DNA of 59,967 bases, the filler included. It is 4 parts of 4 records of this genome, joined end to end, with 100 filler letters (N's around TTAATTAATTAA, not from the genome) between each part and the next. Parts side by side here need not be neighbours in the genome. Positions count along the whole stretch, not along the records: positions 1 to 6,061 come from DRR723986_10523; positions 6,162 to 27,164 come from DRR723986_10535; 2 more parts are not named here. One strand, written 5' to 3'. Under the pieces are notes generated by a model. It saw nothing but the letters and a program-made list of their open reading frames with translations, did no database searches and was not told where the DNA came from. Positions 1-10,087 of this stretch are shown in pieces. The position numbers and the translations under genes are program-made. The number at the start of each line of letters is the position of its first letter. Within the stretch, counting starts at the first letter, position 1.

Positions 1-1
1 G

Positions 2-532
2 GATGGCATCATTGCGGTCAGCGCCGGCGCCGGTGGCCATGCCGGTACCACCAACCCGTTTGTACTGGTGCATGAAATCCGTGAGGTGTTCGATGGCACC
101 ATTTTGCTGGCCGGCGGTTTGTCCCACGGAGAGGATCTGTTGGCAGCCCAGGCACTGGGGGCGGATCTGGCCTATATGGGGACACGGTTTATCAATACCG
201 AGGAATCCGAAGCAGAGGATGCCTACCAGAACATGATCATCGAAGCCGTATCAGCGGATATCATCCATACCCCGGCGGTGTCCGGTGTACCGGCCAGTTT
301 TATGCGCCAGAGCCTGGAGGCCGCTGGCTTTGATATGCAGAAGCTGAACCAGGCCGGCGATGTGAATTACGGCGAGAAGCTCAAGCCCATGGACGATGAG
401 GCCAAGGCCTGGAAGACCGTATGGTCCGCCGGTCAGGGTGTGAGTCAGATTAACGATGTGGTGTCGGTTGAAGCACTGGTTCAGCGTCTGGAAGCGGAGT
501 ATCAGCAGGCCCGTTCACGCCTGATGGGATGA
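2..532 (+). CDS. Nitronate monooxygenase / 2-nitropropane dioxygenase family flavoprotein (5' truncated by window edge)
   Basis: Frame open from base 2: GAGGHAG, LLAGGL, GADLAYMGTRFI and WSAGQG motifs typical of the NPD family. Confidence 0.9.
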   Translation, partial: DGIIAVSAGAGGHAGTTNPFVLVHEIREVFDGTILLAGGLSHGEDLLAAQALGADLAYMGTRFINTEESEAEDAYQNMIIEAVSADIIHTPAVSGVPASFMRQSLEAAGFDMQKLNQAGDVNYGEKLKPMDDEAKAWKTVWSAGQGVSQINDVVSVEALVQRLEAEYQQARSRLMG

Positions 533-1108
533 TTCCGGATAGCGGTTGGCGAAGGCCTGAAGTTCCGGAAAGAAGGCCAGAAAATGTTCCTCCAGTTCCG
601 ATTCGTTGGCCCGGATTTCGTCGATGATGCCGGTAAACCGGTTGGCAAAGCGGATTCGGCTGGCCACGCGATCGAGGGCATAGCCGATGTTATCCAGATC
701 CTGATAGGCGCCAAACCAGTCGTGTTCGACCATGCGGCGGGTCACCACAGCCATGTTGTCGGGCATAAGGGCCCGATGGCTTTGCAGTTCCTGATATACA
801 GTCCGGATGAAGGTATCTTTATCCCAGTCGCTGAACTGCTCCCAGTGCCGGAGCAGGAAGTGGTCGTAGAGGATATCCAGGGCCACGCCGGCAAAGCGCC
901 GGCGCTCCCTTGAGAACAGGCTTTTACTGGCCAGCACCTGCGGATGCTGATCGGTGAATACATCAACCGCCAGGTGGTGCCGCACGCCCTCGAGCACCGG
1001 CGACGGCACATGATCCCAGTCCAGTCCCCGGGTGAAATCCCCGAGAATACTGCCCACTCTCGCCTCCGGTGAGTCCGGGGCGAGGAAGGTGTGGGCGAGG
1101 TGGTTCAT
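515..1108 (-). CDS. acpH: Acyl carrier protein phosphodiesterase
   Basis: MNHLAH start, LGDF, HxxVDxFTDxHP and DILYDHFL motifs; 197 aa. Confidence 0.9.
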   Translation of the reverse strand: MNHLAHTFLAPDSPEARVGSILGDFTRGLDWDHVPSPVLEGVRHHLAVDVFTDQHPQVLASKSLFSRERRRFAGVALDILYDHFLLRHWEQFSDWDKDTFIRTVYQELQSHRALMPDNMAVVTRRMVEHDWFGAYQDLDNIGYALDRVASRIRFANRFTGIIDEIRANESELEEHFLAFFPELQAFANRYPESSHQA

Positions 1109-1111
1109 GGC

Positions 1112-2617
1112 TCAGTCTTCGCTTTCCAGTTCGATTTCATCGGCCACGAAGTTGCCCGGTGTTGGCTCACTATACTCTACCTCAAGTACCGGCCGCTGCC
1201 CGGCATCGAAGGCATCAATCAACTCGTCGCGGCTGGTGCCTTCGAACTGGGTATCTATCGTGGTTTGCACATCAATTCCCAGTACCGTAAACACGGTCCC
1301 CTGAACGTGCGTGAGCTGACCCTGGCTTTCATACTCGCGATCCGCCGCTGGCCCATTGTCTTCCTCATTGCGCTCAACCTTTATCGCTTCAAGCACAACG
1401 CCAGAGCCGGACTGCCGCTCAATACCTTCCACTTCTACCTGATAACTGCCGTTCAGGTCCGCCAGTTTCAGGCGCAGATCGCTGTCATCGTCGGTGATGA
1501 TCGTCCGTGGCGTGAGCTGCACCAACACACCACCAACCCGGAAGGTCTGGTCGTTGAAGTTGAGCGTGTTGACGTCGAGGACACCGTCTACTGACGCGTT
1601 GCCTTCACGAGCTTCAATTTCTTCAGCCAGTACGGAGCCATTGTCCTGGAAATCCCCCTCAACCTGTATCAGCATGCCGGCGGACAGATCCGAGGCAGAC
1701 AAACCATCATCAAACTCGGTATTGTCATCGACAAAGACAATCAGGCCGTTGATGTGGAAGGATCGGTCCGATGCGTTGTAGTCGGTGCTCACGGGGCCTG
1801 AGAACTCAATGTCATCGCCGGAGCCCCGACGGTAGCGACGGGTTTCGCCTTCGTCGATTTCCCGGGCAATCAATACGCCATTGGAGATCGTACCTTCGGC
1901 CTCCACCAGCAGAAGATCCGCCAGATCGGCTTCCGTCAGCGACCCGGCGAACGCGCTGTCAGTGTACGAGACCAACTGCCCGTTAATGCTGAACTGATTC
2001 AGATTCAGCTGCAATGAACCCTCGTCGATGCGGCCTTCAATCTCTACGTTGGTTTCATCCTGCGTCATCAAACCAATGTGGCTTGCCCGGTACCGACCGT
2101 TGGGATCCGGTTCACGCCAGCCACTGATGCGCACGAAAGCGCCGTCTGCCAGGGTTTCAAGCGCAATGTCCTTGAACACCGTCTGCTGGTCGGCAACCAC
2201 AGTCTGCTCATAGATGGTGAACTGCACCGATTCGACCATACCGTCGGCATCCAGGGTCTGAGTCAGATTGTCCACACGCCCACGGAAGGTATCGTCGTAC
2301 TCGACCGACTCCGCATTCCCCCGGCCATCAACCCTCCACTCGCCTTCGATCCTCAGGATCATGCCTTCCTGTAACTGGTCTTCACGCTCAATGCCGTCAT
2401 CACTGCTGACGCGACCATCCGTCTCAAACTTCACGCCATTGACGAAGACGCTACCGAAACCGGAAACCGGCCCAACGCTGGAGCCAGTGCCTCGGATGCC
2501 GCCGTCGGCAACGTCGACTCCACCACCGCCACCGCCGCCGCAGGCACTCAACACGCCGAGTGCGATCGGTGCGGCGGCCAGTTTCAGCATTCTGTGAAGC
2601 GTTACTGCTCTGAACAT
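1112..2617 (-). CDS. DUF5666 repeat lipoprotein
   Basis: Lipobox LSAC, poly-Gly linker, GGIRGTG, GFGSVFVNGVKF, repeated VEVEG/EIE OB-like units; start moved to ATG 2617 behind AGGAG. Confidence 0.8.
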   Translation of the reverse strand: MFRAVTLHRMLKLAAAPIALGVLSACGGGGGGGVDVADGGIRGTGSSVGPVSGFGSVFVNGVKFETDGRVSSDDGIEREDQLQEGMILRIEGEWRVDGRGNAESVEYDDTFRGRVDNLTQTLDADGMVESVQFTIYEQTVVADQQTVFKDIALETLADGAFVRISGWREPDPNGRYRASHIGLMTQDETNVEIEGRIDEGSLQLNLNQFSINGQLVSYTDSAFAGSLTEADLADLLLVEAEGTISNGVLIAREIDEGETRRYRRGSGDDIEFSGPVSTDYNASDRSFHINGLIVFVDDNTEFDDGLSASDLSAGMLIQVEGDFQDNGSVLAEEIEAREGNASVDGVLDVNTLNFNDQTFRVGGVLVQLTPRTIITDDDSDLRLKLADLNGSYQVEVEGIERQSGSGVVLEAIKVERNEEDNGPAADREYESQGQLTHVQGTVFTVLGIDVQTTIDTQFEGTSRDELIDAFDAGQRPVLEVEYSEPTPGNFVADEIELESED

Positions 2618-2656
2618 TGTTCTCTCCTGCAGGCCATCCGGGCCCGCCACTGATTG

Positions 2657-3058
2657 TCAGCTGTCGTTGTGGCGTCGTCGTAGCTTGTCGATGTCAACAA
2701 AATCATCGTAATTGCCCAGGCTCAGTGAACCGGTAGCACCCCAGGGAGCATAAGCGCTTCTCTTTAACAGAACGTGACCGCTCTCCAGGGTTTCCACAAT
2801 GCCCTTTCGAAGCAGTTCCGCAAGCACGACAGAAGGCACCAGGTTTGGGTTGGCGATTTGCACCAGGTCAACAAAGGAATGGGGTTCGTGGGGCGTTGCA
2901 AGCACCACCTTCGGGTGTTTCTGCTCATCCAGGAAATGCTCGGAACTCAGCCAGTATCTCACCACCTGACGGGCACCCGGCGAAAGCAGCATGCTGACCA
3001 GTTCGGTGGTTTGCCAGCGCGGGGGTTGTCCGGTCGGGACATTAAGAGCCATCATCAT
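2657..3058 (-). CDS. Short paralog of the central (winged-helix-like) part of the adjacent DUF6502 protein
   Basis: VVxxW...SFxxLV...PxxVLxELxRxGxV...SGxxxLKxxAYxP aligns by eye with the 3055-3900 product; ATGA overlap with it. Confidence 0.7.
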   Translation of the reverse strand: MMMALNVPTGQPPRWQTTELVSMLLSPGARQVVRYWLSSEHFLDEQKHPKVVLATPHEPHSFVDLVQIANPNLVPSVVLAELLRKGIVETLESGHVLLKRSAYAPWGATGSLSLGNYDDFVDIDKLRRRHNDS

Positions 3059-3900
3059 TCGTCTCCGCTCTTGTTCGTCTGAACCGGCTCTTCAAAACAG
3101 AAAATGCTGACGCCGGTCCGTACCGATTCGCCGCCCTCCTGGCCGGATACTCCCCGGTCGTGAGGCCCTAACCAGCTGTCCAGATCTTCCAGCAGGGCCT
3201 GGGACTGCCTTGCGGCTTGTTCACGCCACGCAGTAATCACCTCAGGTGGTATTTCATTATAGGTCAGGGTGCGCTGGAACAGCGGCTCACGCCCGACATC
3301 CCGACTCACCAGATTGTGATCAATAGTGGCTACAAGATCAGATACGTCTTCTCCGAAGATCTGGAGCATTTCTTCGCTGTCTCCGGCCGGCACATACGCC
3401 CGCTGTTTCAGGATCAGGAACCCACTATCCGGTTCAACCGCGACTACCCCCACCCGCTGGAGCTCATCCAGTACCGCTCTGGGGGTCATATCGCCACTGT
3501 ATTTTCGAACCAGCTCACTGAAGCTCCCGGCGCCCTCGAATGCCAGCACCGCGGGCTGTCCATTCGCTGCCTGATAGGTCTCATCGTGCACCCATCCGGA
3601 CACCACACGCGAAGCGCGATTTGCATGAGAGGTTCGTTCACTGACCGGGCTTTGCCCCGCCAATATCTCTCGTTGTTTTCGCACTTCTTTGCGGGTAAGG
3701 CCTGTCATCACTGCCGCTCTGGAATCGGTTGGTTTGCGGCGCCCGTCAGAGAAATCCTCCAACGCAGCCTCCACATACGCCCTTTTCACCAGCTCAGAGA
3801 ACTCGCCGAACGGAACGCCATTGCGCAACAGCAGTCTGGCCATCGGGCGCAAAATGCGGAACAGCGCTTGGTGCAGGGGATTGGATTTGGCATCAGTCAT
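3055..3900 (-). CDS. DUF6502 family protein, probable DNA-binding regulator
   Basis: LRPMARLLLRNGV, TDSRAAVMTGLTRKEV (HTH-like), RVVSGW, TIDHNL, FQRTLTY; this family typically neighbours DUF5666 genes; ATG 3900 preferred. Confidence 0.8.
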   Translation of the reverse strand: MTDAKSNPLHQALFRILRPMARLLLRNGVPFGEFSELVKRAYVEAALEDFSDGRRKPTDSRAAVMTGLTRKEVRKQREILAGQSPVSERTSHANRASRVVSGWVHDETYQAANGQPAVLAFEGAGSFSELVRKYSGDMTPRAVLDELQRVGVVAVEPDSGFLILKQRAYVPAGDSEEMLQIFGEDVSDLVATIDHNLVSRDVGREPLFQRTLTYNEIPPEVITAWREQAARQSQALLEDLDSWLGPHDRGVSGQEGGESVRTGVSIFCFEEPVQTNKSGDE

Positions 3901-3903
3901 GTT

Positions 3904-3919
3904 TGGGATTGTATTCCCA
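3904..3919. promoter_or_regulatory. Palindromic operator-like site TGGGA-N6-TCCCA directly upstream of the DUF6502 start codon
   Basis: TGGGA ttgtat TCCCA; same motif occurs twice at 5469-5510. Confidence 0.65.
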
Positions 3920-3979
3920 TCTTGCCCCGGAAAACCAGACACAGGTTGCGGTATCCCCCGCAACCTGTGTCCTTCAACC

Positions 3980-5410
3980 TCAGTTTTCGGGGTTTGCGGT
4001 CAACACATACTCTCCGCCGATGGTCTGGTCGTACTCAACCTCGGCTTCATCACCAACCTGAAGACCCGCAACGCTGAAGCCATTCAGCAGGATTTCAAGA
4101 TTCATCACCGTCAGTGACGTATCAGAAATGGCATCGATTCTGGCCTCCAGCTCAAAGTTATCATCTTCGTCGCTGTCTTCCCGCTCAATGGTGAAGGCTT
4201 CAAGGTGATCAGTACGCTGACGACCTTCCACCTCGACATAGTCCCCAACGCTGAAGGCGTTGATGTCATCTACCCGATTACGCAGGTCGTTATCGCTGTC
4301 ATCGTCGTCGATCAGAGTATTGGCGGTGAGTTGAACGCGAACGCCACTGACCACCAGCAACTCATTGTCCAGATCGATCTGCTGGATGATGCCGTGCAGT
4401 TCCGCATCGCCTTCCCGGCCTTCCACTTCTTCCGCCAGCAGGGTGTTGTTGCGGAAATCACCCTCGACTTTCACGAACACGCCATCCTGGAGGCTGCCCT
4501 CGCTGATGTCGTCAAACTCAGTCTCAGCATTCAGTTGAACCAGCACGCCACTAATCCGGAAGGTGCGGGCAGACGCATCGAAATCGTAGATATCACCGGA
4601 AATTTCAACGTCGTCGTTATCGTCGAACAGGTCATCTTCGTCATCAATTTCTTCGGCGAGCAGGACATCGCCGTCTGCGTTGAGCTGACCTTCCACTTCA
4701 ACCGCAAGCCCGTTCTCCAGTTGGTCCAGACTGAAGTCTTCATCCGCGACCGCGCTGGTGTAATCCACTGTGAAACCGTTGATGGTGAAGGTCTGCAACT
4801 GCGCATCCAGGTTCTGGACCACGCCTTCAAGTTCAGCCTCATTCACATCGTCAAAATCTGAGCCCAGCAGACGAGCACCCACGAAGCTGGCCCGGAAGCT
4901 GCCGTCATCCAGCCGCCAGCCGCTTACCCGAACCCGATAGTTGGCAGGCGCCGCCGCAAGCTCAACCGGTGTGGCTCCGCGGAATACCGTCTGGTTGTTA
5001 AGCACAACCACCTGCCCCAGCAACTCCAGCTGTCCGGTGCTGGCAGTGGCATCCCAGGTTGCCGCAACCAGCGGCCCCCTCAGGGTGTCGTCATAGAACA
5101 CAGCGTCGGCCTGGCCCTGGCCCCGCTCGTCCCAGCCACCTTTGATTTTCAGCACCATGCCTTTTTCAAGCTGGCCCTCACGCTCAATGCCGTCGTTACT
5201 GCTAACGCTGCCATCGGTCGCAAACCGGGTTCCGTTGACATACACGCTACCAAAACCGGTCACCGCACCAACACTGGTGCCCTCGGCATTGCCACTTGCA
5301 CCTACTGAACCGGAGGAGCCGGAGCCACCGCCACCACAGGCGGCCAGGCCGCCGGCCAAGGTACCAACCAGAACCAACTTGATCGCTTTTGAAAGTCCGT
5401 TGCGCTTCAT
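3980..5410 (-). CDS. DUF5666 repeat lipoprotein (paralog of 1112-2617)
   Basis: Lipobox LAAC, Gly/Ser linker, GFGSVYVNG, DGIERE motif shared with the paralog, acidic repeats. Confidence 0.8.
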   Translation of the reverse strand: MKRNGLSKAIKLVLVGTLAGGLAACGGGGSGSSGSVGASGNAEGTSVGAVTGFGSVYVNGTRFATDGSVSSNDGIEREGQLEKGMVLKIKGGWDERGQGQADAVFYDDTLRGPLVAATWDATASTGQLELLGQVVVLNNQTVFRGATPVELAAAPANYRVRVSGWRLDDGSFRASFVGARLLGSDFDDVNEAELEGVVQNLDAQLQTFTINGFTVDYTSAVADEDFSLDQLENGLAVEVEGQLNADGDVLLAEEIDDEDDLFDDNDDVEISGDIYDFDASARTFRISGVLVQLNAETEFDDISEGSLQDGVFVKVEGDFRNNTLLAEEVEGREGDAELHGIIQQIDLDNELLVVSGVRVQLTANTLIDDDDSDNDLRNRVDDINAFSVGDYVEVEGRQRTDHLEAFTIEREDSDEDDNFELEARIDAISDTSLTVMNLEILLNGFSVAGLQVGDEAEVEYDQTIGGEYVLTANPEN

Positions 5411-5468
5411 CTTCCTTCTCCCGACTGATTTGACAGAATCCGGCGCGTTTTTTCAGCGCCACAATAAT

Positions 5469-5527
5469 TGGGATATTTTTCCCAAATAATTAAATGGGAA
5501 AATAATCCCAAATTTTGAATTTGTCCA
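5469..5527 (-). promoter_or_regulatory. Putative sigma70 promoter (TGGACA-N17-TATTTT) overlapped by two TGGGA-N6-TCCCA palindromes
   Basis: -35 at 5522-5527, -10 at 5499-5504 on minus strand; palindromes at 5469-5484 and 5495-5510. Confidence 0.6.
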
Positions 5528-5580
5528 GTCAGGAAAGATGAAAATTTCGTGAATCGTTTCTGGAAACGTGTCCGGGTCTG

Positions 5581-6060
5581 CTAGACCCGGAACTGGGATG
5601 CCTTTGTTTGCAGGGCCGACAGGGTGCTTGCGATCTCACCGCTGGCCTCGTCCGAGTGCGTTATGGAATCAACGGTTTCCCGGGAGGAATCGGCGATTTC
5701 ACGCACGCTGACGCTGACTTCGCTGGCGTGCCCACTCTGATCTTCCGCCACCCCGGAGATCTCAAGGGCCCGCTGCTGAAGGCTGGCCAGCAGTTGGTTA
5801 ATACGGTCGAAGTGCTCGTCGGCCCGGTGGAACTCCGTCGAGGATTCCGCGACCTGACCGGACACATCGTTAATGGTGCTGACGGCCTGACGACTGCCTT
5901 GCTGCAACCGTTCGATAATGGCCTGAATCTCGGTGGTCGACTCCTGGGTTCGGCTGGCCAGAGTGCGTACTTCGTCAGCCACCACCGCAAACCCTCGACC
6001 GGACTCGCCAGCCCGTGCCGCTTCGATGGCGGCGTTCAGTGCCAGCAGGTTGGTCTGCTC
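5581..6060 (-). CDS. Methyl-accepting chemotaxis protein, C-terminal part (truncated by contig end)
   Basis: [38 protein letters not shown] signalling-domain signature. Confidence 0.95.
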   Translation of the reverse strand, partial: EQTNLLALNAAIEAARAGESGRGFAVVADEVRTLASRTQESTTEIQAIIERLQQGSRQAVSTINDVSGQVAESSTEFHRADEHFDRINQLLASLQQRALEISGVAEDQSGHASEVSVSVREIADSSRETVDSITHSDEASGEIASTLSALQTKASQFRV

Positions 6061-6061
6061 C

Positions 6062-6161
6062 NNNNNNNNNNNNNNNNNNNNNNNNNNNNNNNNNNNNNNN
6101 NNNNNTTAATTAATTAANNNNNNNNNNNNNNNNNNNNNNNNNNNNNNNNNNNNNNNNNNNN
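6062..6161. other. Artificial contig-joining spacer
   Basis: 44 N + TTAATTAATTAA (stops in all six frames) + 44 N. Confidence 0.98.
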
Positions 6162-7187
6162 TGCGTGCCTTTATAGGCATTGAAAATTTCCGCGTTGCCA
6201 TTGCCAGTGCGCGGCAAGAGACCGTGATGACCATTTTCGAGAATGAGCAACGCAGTAATCCCAGGGTGGTTGAGTTGAGGTGGTGAAATCTTAACCGTCT
6301 TTGATCCGGCGTTCTCCAGGTAGTGCGGCACCAACGTGAGCGGTATGCCCGAAGTAGTACAGGTACACACACATGATATGTCATAGAATCTTTTGGGCAG
6401 TGTTAGACACTGGCCTAGGTAGAGTTTGACATGTCACTGGCTGGACAGCGGGTGTAGGAAGCAAACAGCACTTCTTTCAGATGACAATCAGCATAGTCGG
6501 CGTTTTTATGCCAACTCAGACCATTGGCACTACATTGTTTGAATGTGTTTTACAAGGTGTCCTTCAATACATTCAGAACTGACGAGTTCAGCGTATTACT
6601 GAGCTTGCAATCAAAATGAAGCAGTAACGACTCACATACACGGTGCCTGAGAAACACCTTGTTAGACATTGCACTCTTCCGCAAGTCTTCCAGGCAGAGT
6701 GCGTAGATATAGAGTCAATCGGGTGATCGGATACGCCGTAATGCACCATTCAATAGTTCACTCACAGATCTAACCGGTTAACTTTATGAGGCAAATAGGT
6801 CACTTTCTATGGATCGACTACTCAATTCCGCGAGATCGGGCAGGTTTCAATAGTCGTGATAGAGTCTCGTGAATCGCGTCAACAATTTTGGAGCATCCGG
6901 TGGTGGCGAGAAATTCCGAATAGCGTTACTTTAGTGCGGGTGCGAACGATGACAGAACTGGCGAAGCCGGAGAAATCGATCGAGAGATACTTTGCATTTA
7001 AGTGTAGTAGTCACGACTTAAGCAAACTATTGAACAGAAAAGTTACTTCTATTGCAATTTCAGTCTTCCATATATGGTTGGACAGGTTAATGGACTTAGT
7101 GGTTAAATGAAGTCTTCTGAATATTGCTTATAATTCTAAGATTTTGACTAGAAATTTTGTTGATGAAATTGAGTTGTCACGGATTTC

Positions 7188-8408
7188 TCAAGAATCCCAA
7201 TACTTTTTTAACAGAATAGTTGTCAATTGTTCTCCTCTTAGTCGCAATTTTCTTATCTCACTTTCTGACATTGCTTTAAAGTTGGTTGGATATCCAGCTA
7301 CCTCACTTTTCTTTACAAAATTATCAGGTATTGAAATTTCTCCTGAAAGCTCAAGGATACTTCTATCATTCTGTCCAAGATATGGCAATATTAATTTGCT
7401 TATTTTTCCGGAATCTAAGTAATTGAACATGCGACTAACTGTACCATCTTGAGCTTTGCGCATCACCAATTTTAACACTGTACTCACTCGGCTGACCCAC
7501 CCGTAAGGGAAAATTGGGTATTCTGTCTGGCCATGACCTGCAACGCAGCAAATAATTTTGCCGCAGTTGTAAACATGAGCGGTAAAATCAGAGTCTCTTT
7601 CAGGCTCAAGGCAAGTTACACCAAGATTGTCGTAGACCCCTCCATCAGTGAGCACGACTCTCTTATGCTTAATTGATCCGTCTGAAGAAACAAACACGTA
7701 TCTACGATGTAGTGCAGGAAGTAAAATTGGATAGGCAGCGGAAGCAGCAACTGCCGATGCAACGTCAACATCATTGTCTTTGATGTTACCAAATCTCCAA
7801 CCACCTGAGCTCTCACTTCCAAATCGAAACGCCGTACCAGTCGACAATTCCGTAGCATTCAAAACAACACTTAATCCTGGACGGGTAGGATCCGAGACCT
7901 TAGTACACCCAAACAATTTTGACCTTAATACCGATTCAAAAGCGGTGGTGCGACTTATCCAGCGAGGTAGAGGTGAGGAGAAGTTATAGATCCATGTTTT
8001 ATTTTTAGGTTTTTCATTACCAAGAAATAGACTAAATGTTACCGTCGCCAGAGCCCTTAGAGATTGTGACAGCTTTGCCAATACTCCTGAAGATAACATG
8101 GTTCCTATTGCACCGAAGAGCCTAATCGAAAAGAAAGTTTCGCGAAAAATATCATTCTGAAGACCTGAATTTAACAGCTCAACAACTCGCTTTTCAAATT
8201 TCTCAAATTCGTCCTCTGAATATGCATACATAGCGGCAATGATTGCACCACCAGACACTCCTGAAATGACTTTTACTTCGTTGAGTAGTCCATAGCGATG
8301 GATTGCACGTAAACATCCCAAATGGAAAGCAACCGCACGAAAACCACCTCCAGAAAACGCAATGGCAATGTCATTCTTCCGCCCATCAAAGCCTACCAGT
8401 TTGACCAT
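7188..8408 (-). CDS. Patatin-like phospholipase
   Basis: SGGGFRA oxyanion loop, GVSGG nucleophile motif (GxSxG), DGGVYDN catalytic Asp motif. Confidence 0.93.
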   Translation of the reverse strand: MVKLVGFDGRKNDIAIAFSGGGFRAVAFHLGCLRAIHRYGLLNEVKVISGVSGGAIIAAMYAYSEDEFEKFEKRVVELLNSGLQNDIFRETFFSIRLFGAIGTMLSSGVLAKLSQSLRALATVTFSLFLGNEKPKNKTWIYNFSSPLPRWISRTTAFESVLRSKLFGCTKVSDPTRPGLSVVLNATELSTGTAFRFGSESSGGWRFGNIKDNDVDVASAVAASAAYPILLPALHRRYVFVSSDGSIKHKRVVLTDGGVYDNLGVTCLEPERDSDFTAHVYNCGKIICCVAGHGQTEYPIFPYGWVSRVSTVLKLVMRKAQDGTVSRMFNYLDSGKISKLILPYLGQNDRSILELSGEISIPDNFVKKSEVAGYPTNFKAMSESEIRKLRLRGEQLTTILLKKYWDS

Positions 8409-8756
8409 AATAAATAAACTACCGATCGATACAATTAATTTAGAGTTTATTGACTATCATTGTAACAACGATGACTCGGTAATAATGTTATTTCCATCAT
8501 ATTGTGCGTTTGTTTGTGCGAGAAAATGTTGAGCGAATACTCTCTGCACATTCAAAGTCTATTCTCCTCAAATGCTACTAATGCGATCAATAAGATGGTC
8601 AGATTCCACCTCGCTATGCACTTCATAGCATTCAAGTTAGCAGTAATCAAAGATCGGGATCTGTAATTTTAATACAGTGTTGAAAAATGTAAATTGACTA
8701 CTACACAATTAATACAAGTAGATTAGGTGGCATTACAATTTTGGGTCAGTAGCCCG

Positions 8757-10025
8757 TTAATTGAGACGGCAATTTGGGAAGCACTCTTTATCGTTACATC
8801 GATAACTGCATGACTTTGTCAATTGATCAGCAATTCTCAATGATCTCTTTACGAGCACTTCTCGTTCACCTTGAAAAAACTCAAAAATGTATGATTCTAT
8901 TCGTTGAATAAACTGGTTACCTTGCTCAAGTTTCGTTCGCTTAGATCTAACCGCTTTCATCGACATATTTGTATCTGGTCGTAACAAGTTGGGTTTGATT
9001 GGAGGAGGCAGAATAGATTCGGCCTTGACTATTTCATCTACCACACAAGCATCACAAATATTTGTCGAAAGCACCTTAGCATGGAATCCACGTCTTGATG
9101 CTGCTTTAACGATGTCTTCTATAGTTTTATGGTTTGGTAGATCATATTTATTGCCCGCTGAAATCGCTATAAATGTTTCATCATCCAGAATGCTTTCCCA
9201 GATCTCGATTGAAGACGCACTTTTAGATCCATGGTGACTGGCCTTAATAAACGAAGCTTTGGTTGAACCATACAGTTCATCATGCCTTTCTTTTGAATAC
9301 TCATCAATGAATTTGTTCCATGTCTTTGATCCAGCATCTCCGCCGAAGATAAGTTTGTGGTCAAAAAAGTTCAACATCAAAATAGAAGAAATATCATTCC
9401 TACTAAATGACCCTCTTTTTTCATTGCACTTCAGCAGTTTGTAGAAGCTGTTTCTGACAATTTGGTTGTAATGCTTCACCTCAAAGCTTTGGGGAGCTAA
9501 AGATACAATATTAATGTCCTCCGTGAGTTTTGCAACTCTTTGGATGCCACTAATATATTTAGGGTTGCCACGAAAGTATTTCACCAATCGATTCACATCT
9601 CGTAGTTGGTCTTTGTATTTTTCAATTTGATGTTTTTTACTACTATGTTTTTTTAACTTTTTACTGTAGTGTTCAACCTCACTTGCAAAGTCAGAAATAT
9701 CATTACCAGCAAACAGCCAAAGGTGCTTTATCTCTATCTCCTCTTCCATAGCCCAATCAACGAACTTGTCAATGCCCTTAATGTGATCGCTATCAGGATG
9801 CGTGATACACACAAATGATATTACAATGGGAAGAGACTTCGACAGTTGATTTTTTAAGTACGATAGAGACGGTGGTTCAACCTGCCCTCTTCTTGACTCA
9901 TAATGAAAGTCAATCAGTCCAAATTCACCACTAGGAAGTTCAACTAATATATTGTCACCATGCCCAACATCAAATACTACTATTCTTAATTTGCAATTTG
10001 TGTCTGCGGTAGGTTTTGTAGCCAT
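8757..10025 (-). CDS. ComEC/Rec2-type metallo-beta-lactamase-fold hydrolase (stand-alone, soluble)
   Basis: FDVGHGD, THPDSDH, GGDA, ASHHGS and AISAG motifs; no membrane competence domain; Cys-rich C-terminus. Confidence 0.85.
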   Translation of the reverse strand: MATKPTADTNCKLRIVVFDVGHGDNILVELPSGEFGLIDFHYESRRGQVEPPSLSYLKNQLSKSLPIVISFVCITHPDSDHIKGIDKFVDWAMEEEIEIKHLWLFAGNDISDFASEVEHYSKKLKKHSSKKHQIEKYKDQLRDVNRLVKYFRGNPKYISGIQRVAKLTEDINIVSLAPQSFEVKHYNQIVRNSFYKLLKCNEKRGSFSRNDISSILMLNFFDHKLIFGGDAGSKTWNKFIDEYSKERHDELYGSTKASFIKASHHGSKSASSIEIWESILDDETFIAISAGNKYDLPNHKTIEDIVKAASRRGFHAKVLSTNICDACVVDEIVKAESILPPPIKPNLLRPDTNMSMKAVRSKRTKLEQGNQFIQRIESYIFEFFQGEREVLVKRSLRIADQLTKSCSYRCNDKECFPNCRLN

Positions 10026-10087
10026 TTTAATAGTGTACTCAAGAATATTCTTTTTTTGGGGTAGTTGGTTGACATTCTCAGTCTGGA

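Noticed and set aside
584-5489. Overlapping alternative-frame ORFs in contig 1 (e.g. 3217-4077, 4205-4861)
   Set aside because: Antisense shadows of the DUF5666/DUF6502/acpH genes in GC-rich DNA.
6162-7187. Short ORFs (6162-6384 minus, 6856-7110 plus), small palindromes and two GTTAGAC words
   Set aside because: No recognisable protein motif or paired attC structure; cannot be supported.
7188-8408. Patatin as a CBASS CapV effector
   Set aside because: No CD-NTase or Cap2/Cap3 gene is visible in the contig.
8757-10025. Antibiotic-resistance beta-lactamase or competence gene
   Set aside because: No signal peptide, ComEC-type rather than class B motif spacing, and no membrane competence domain.
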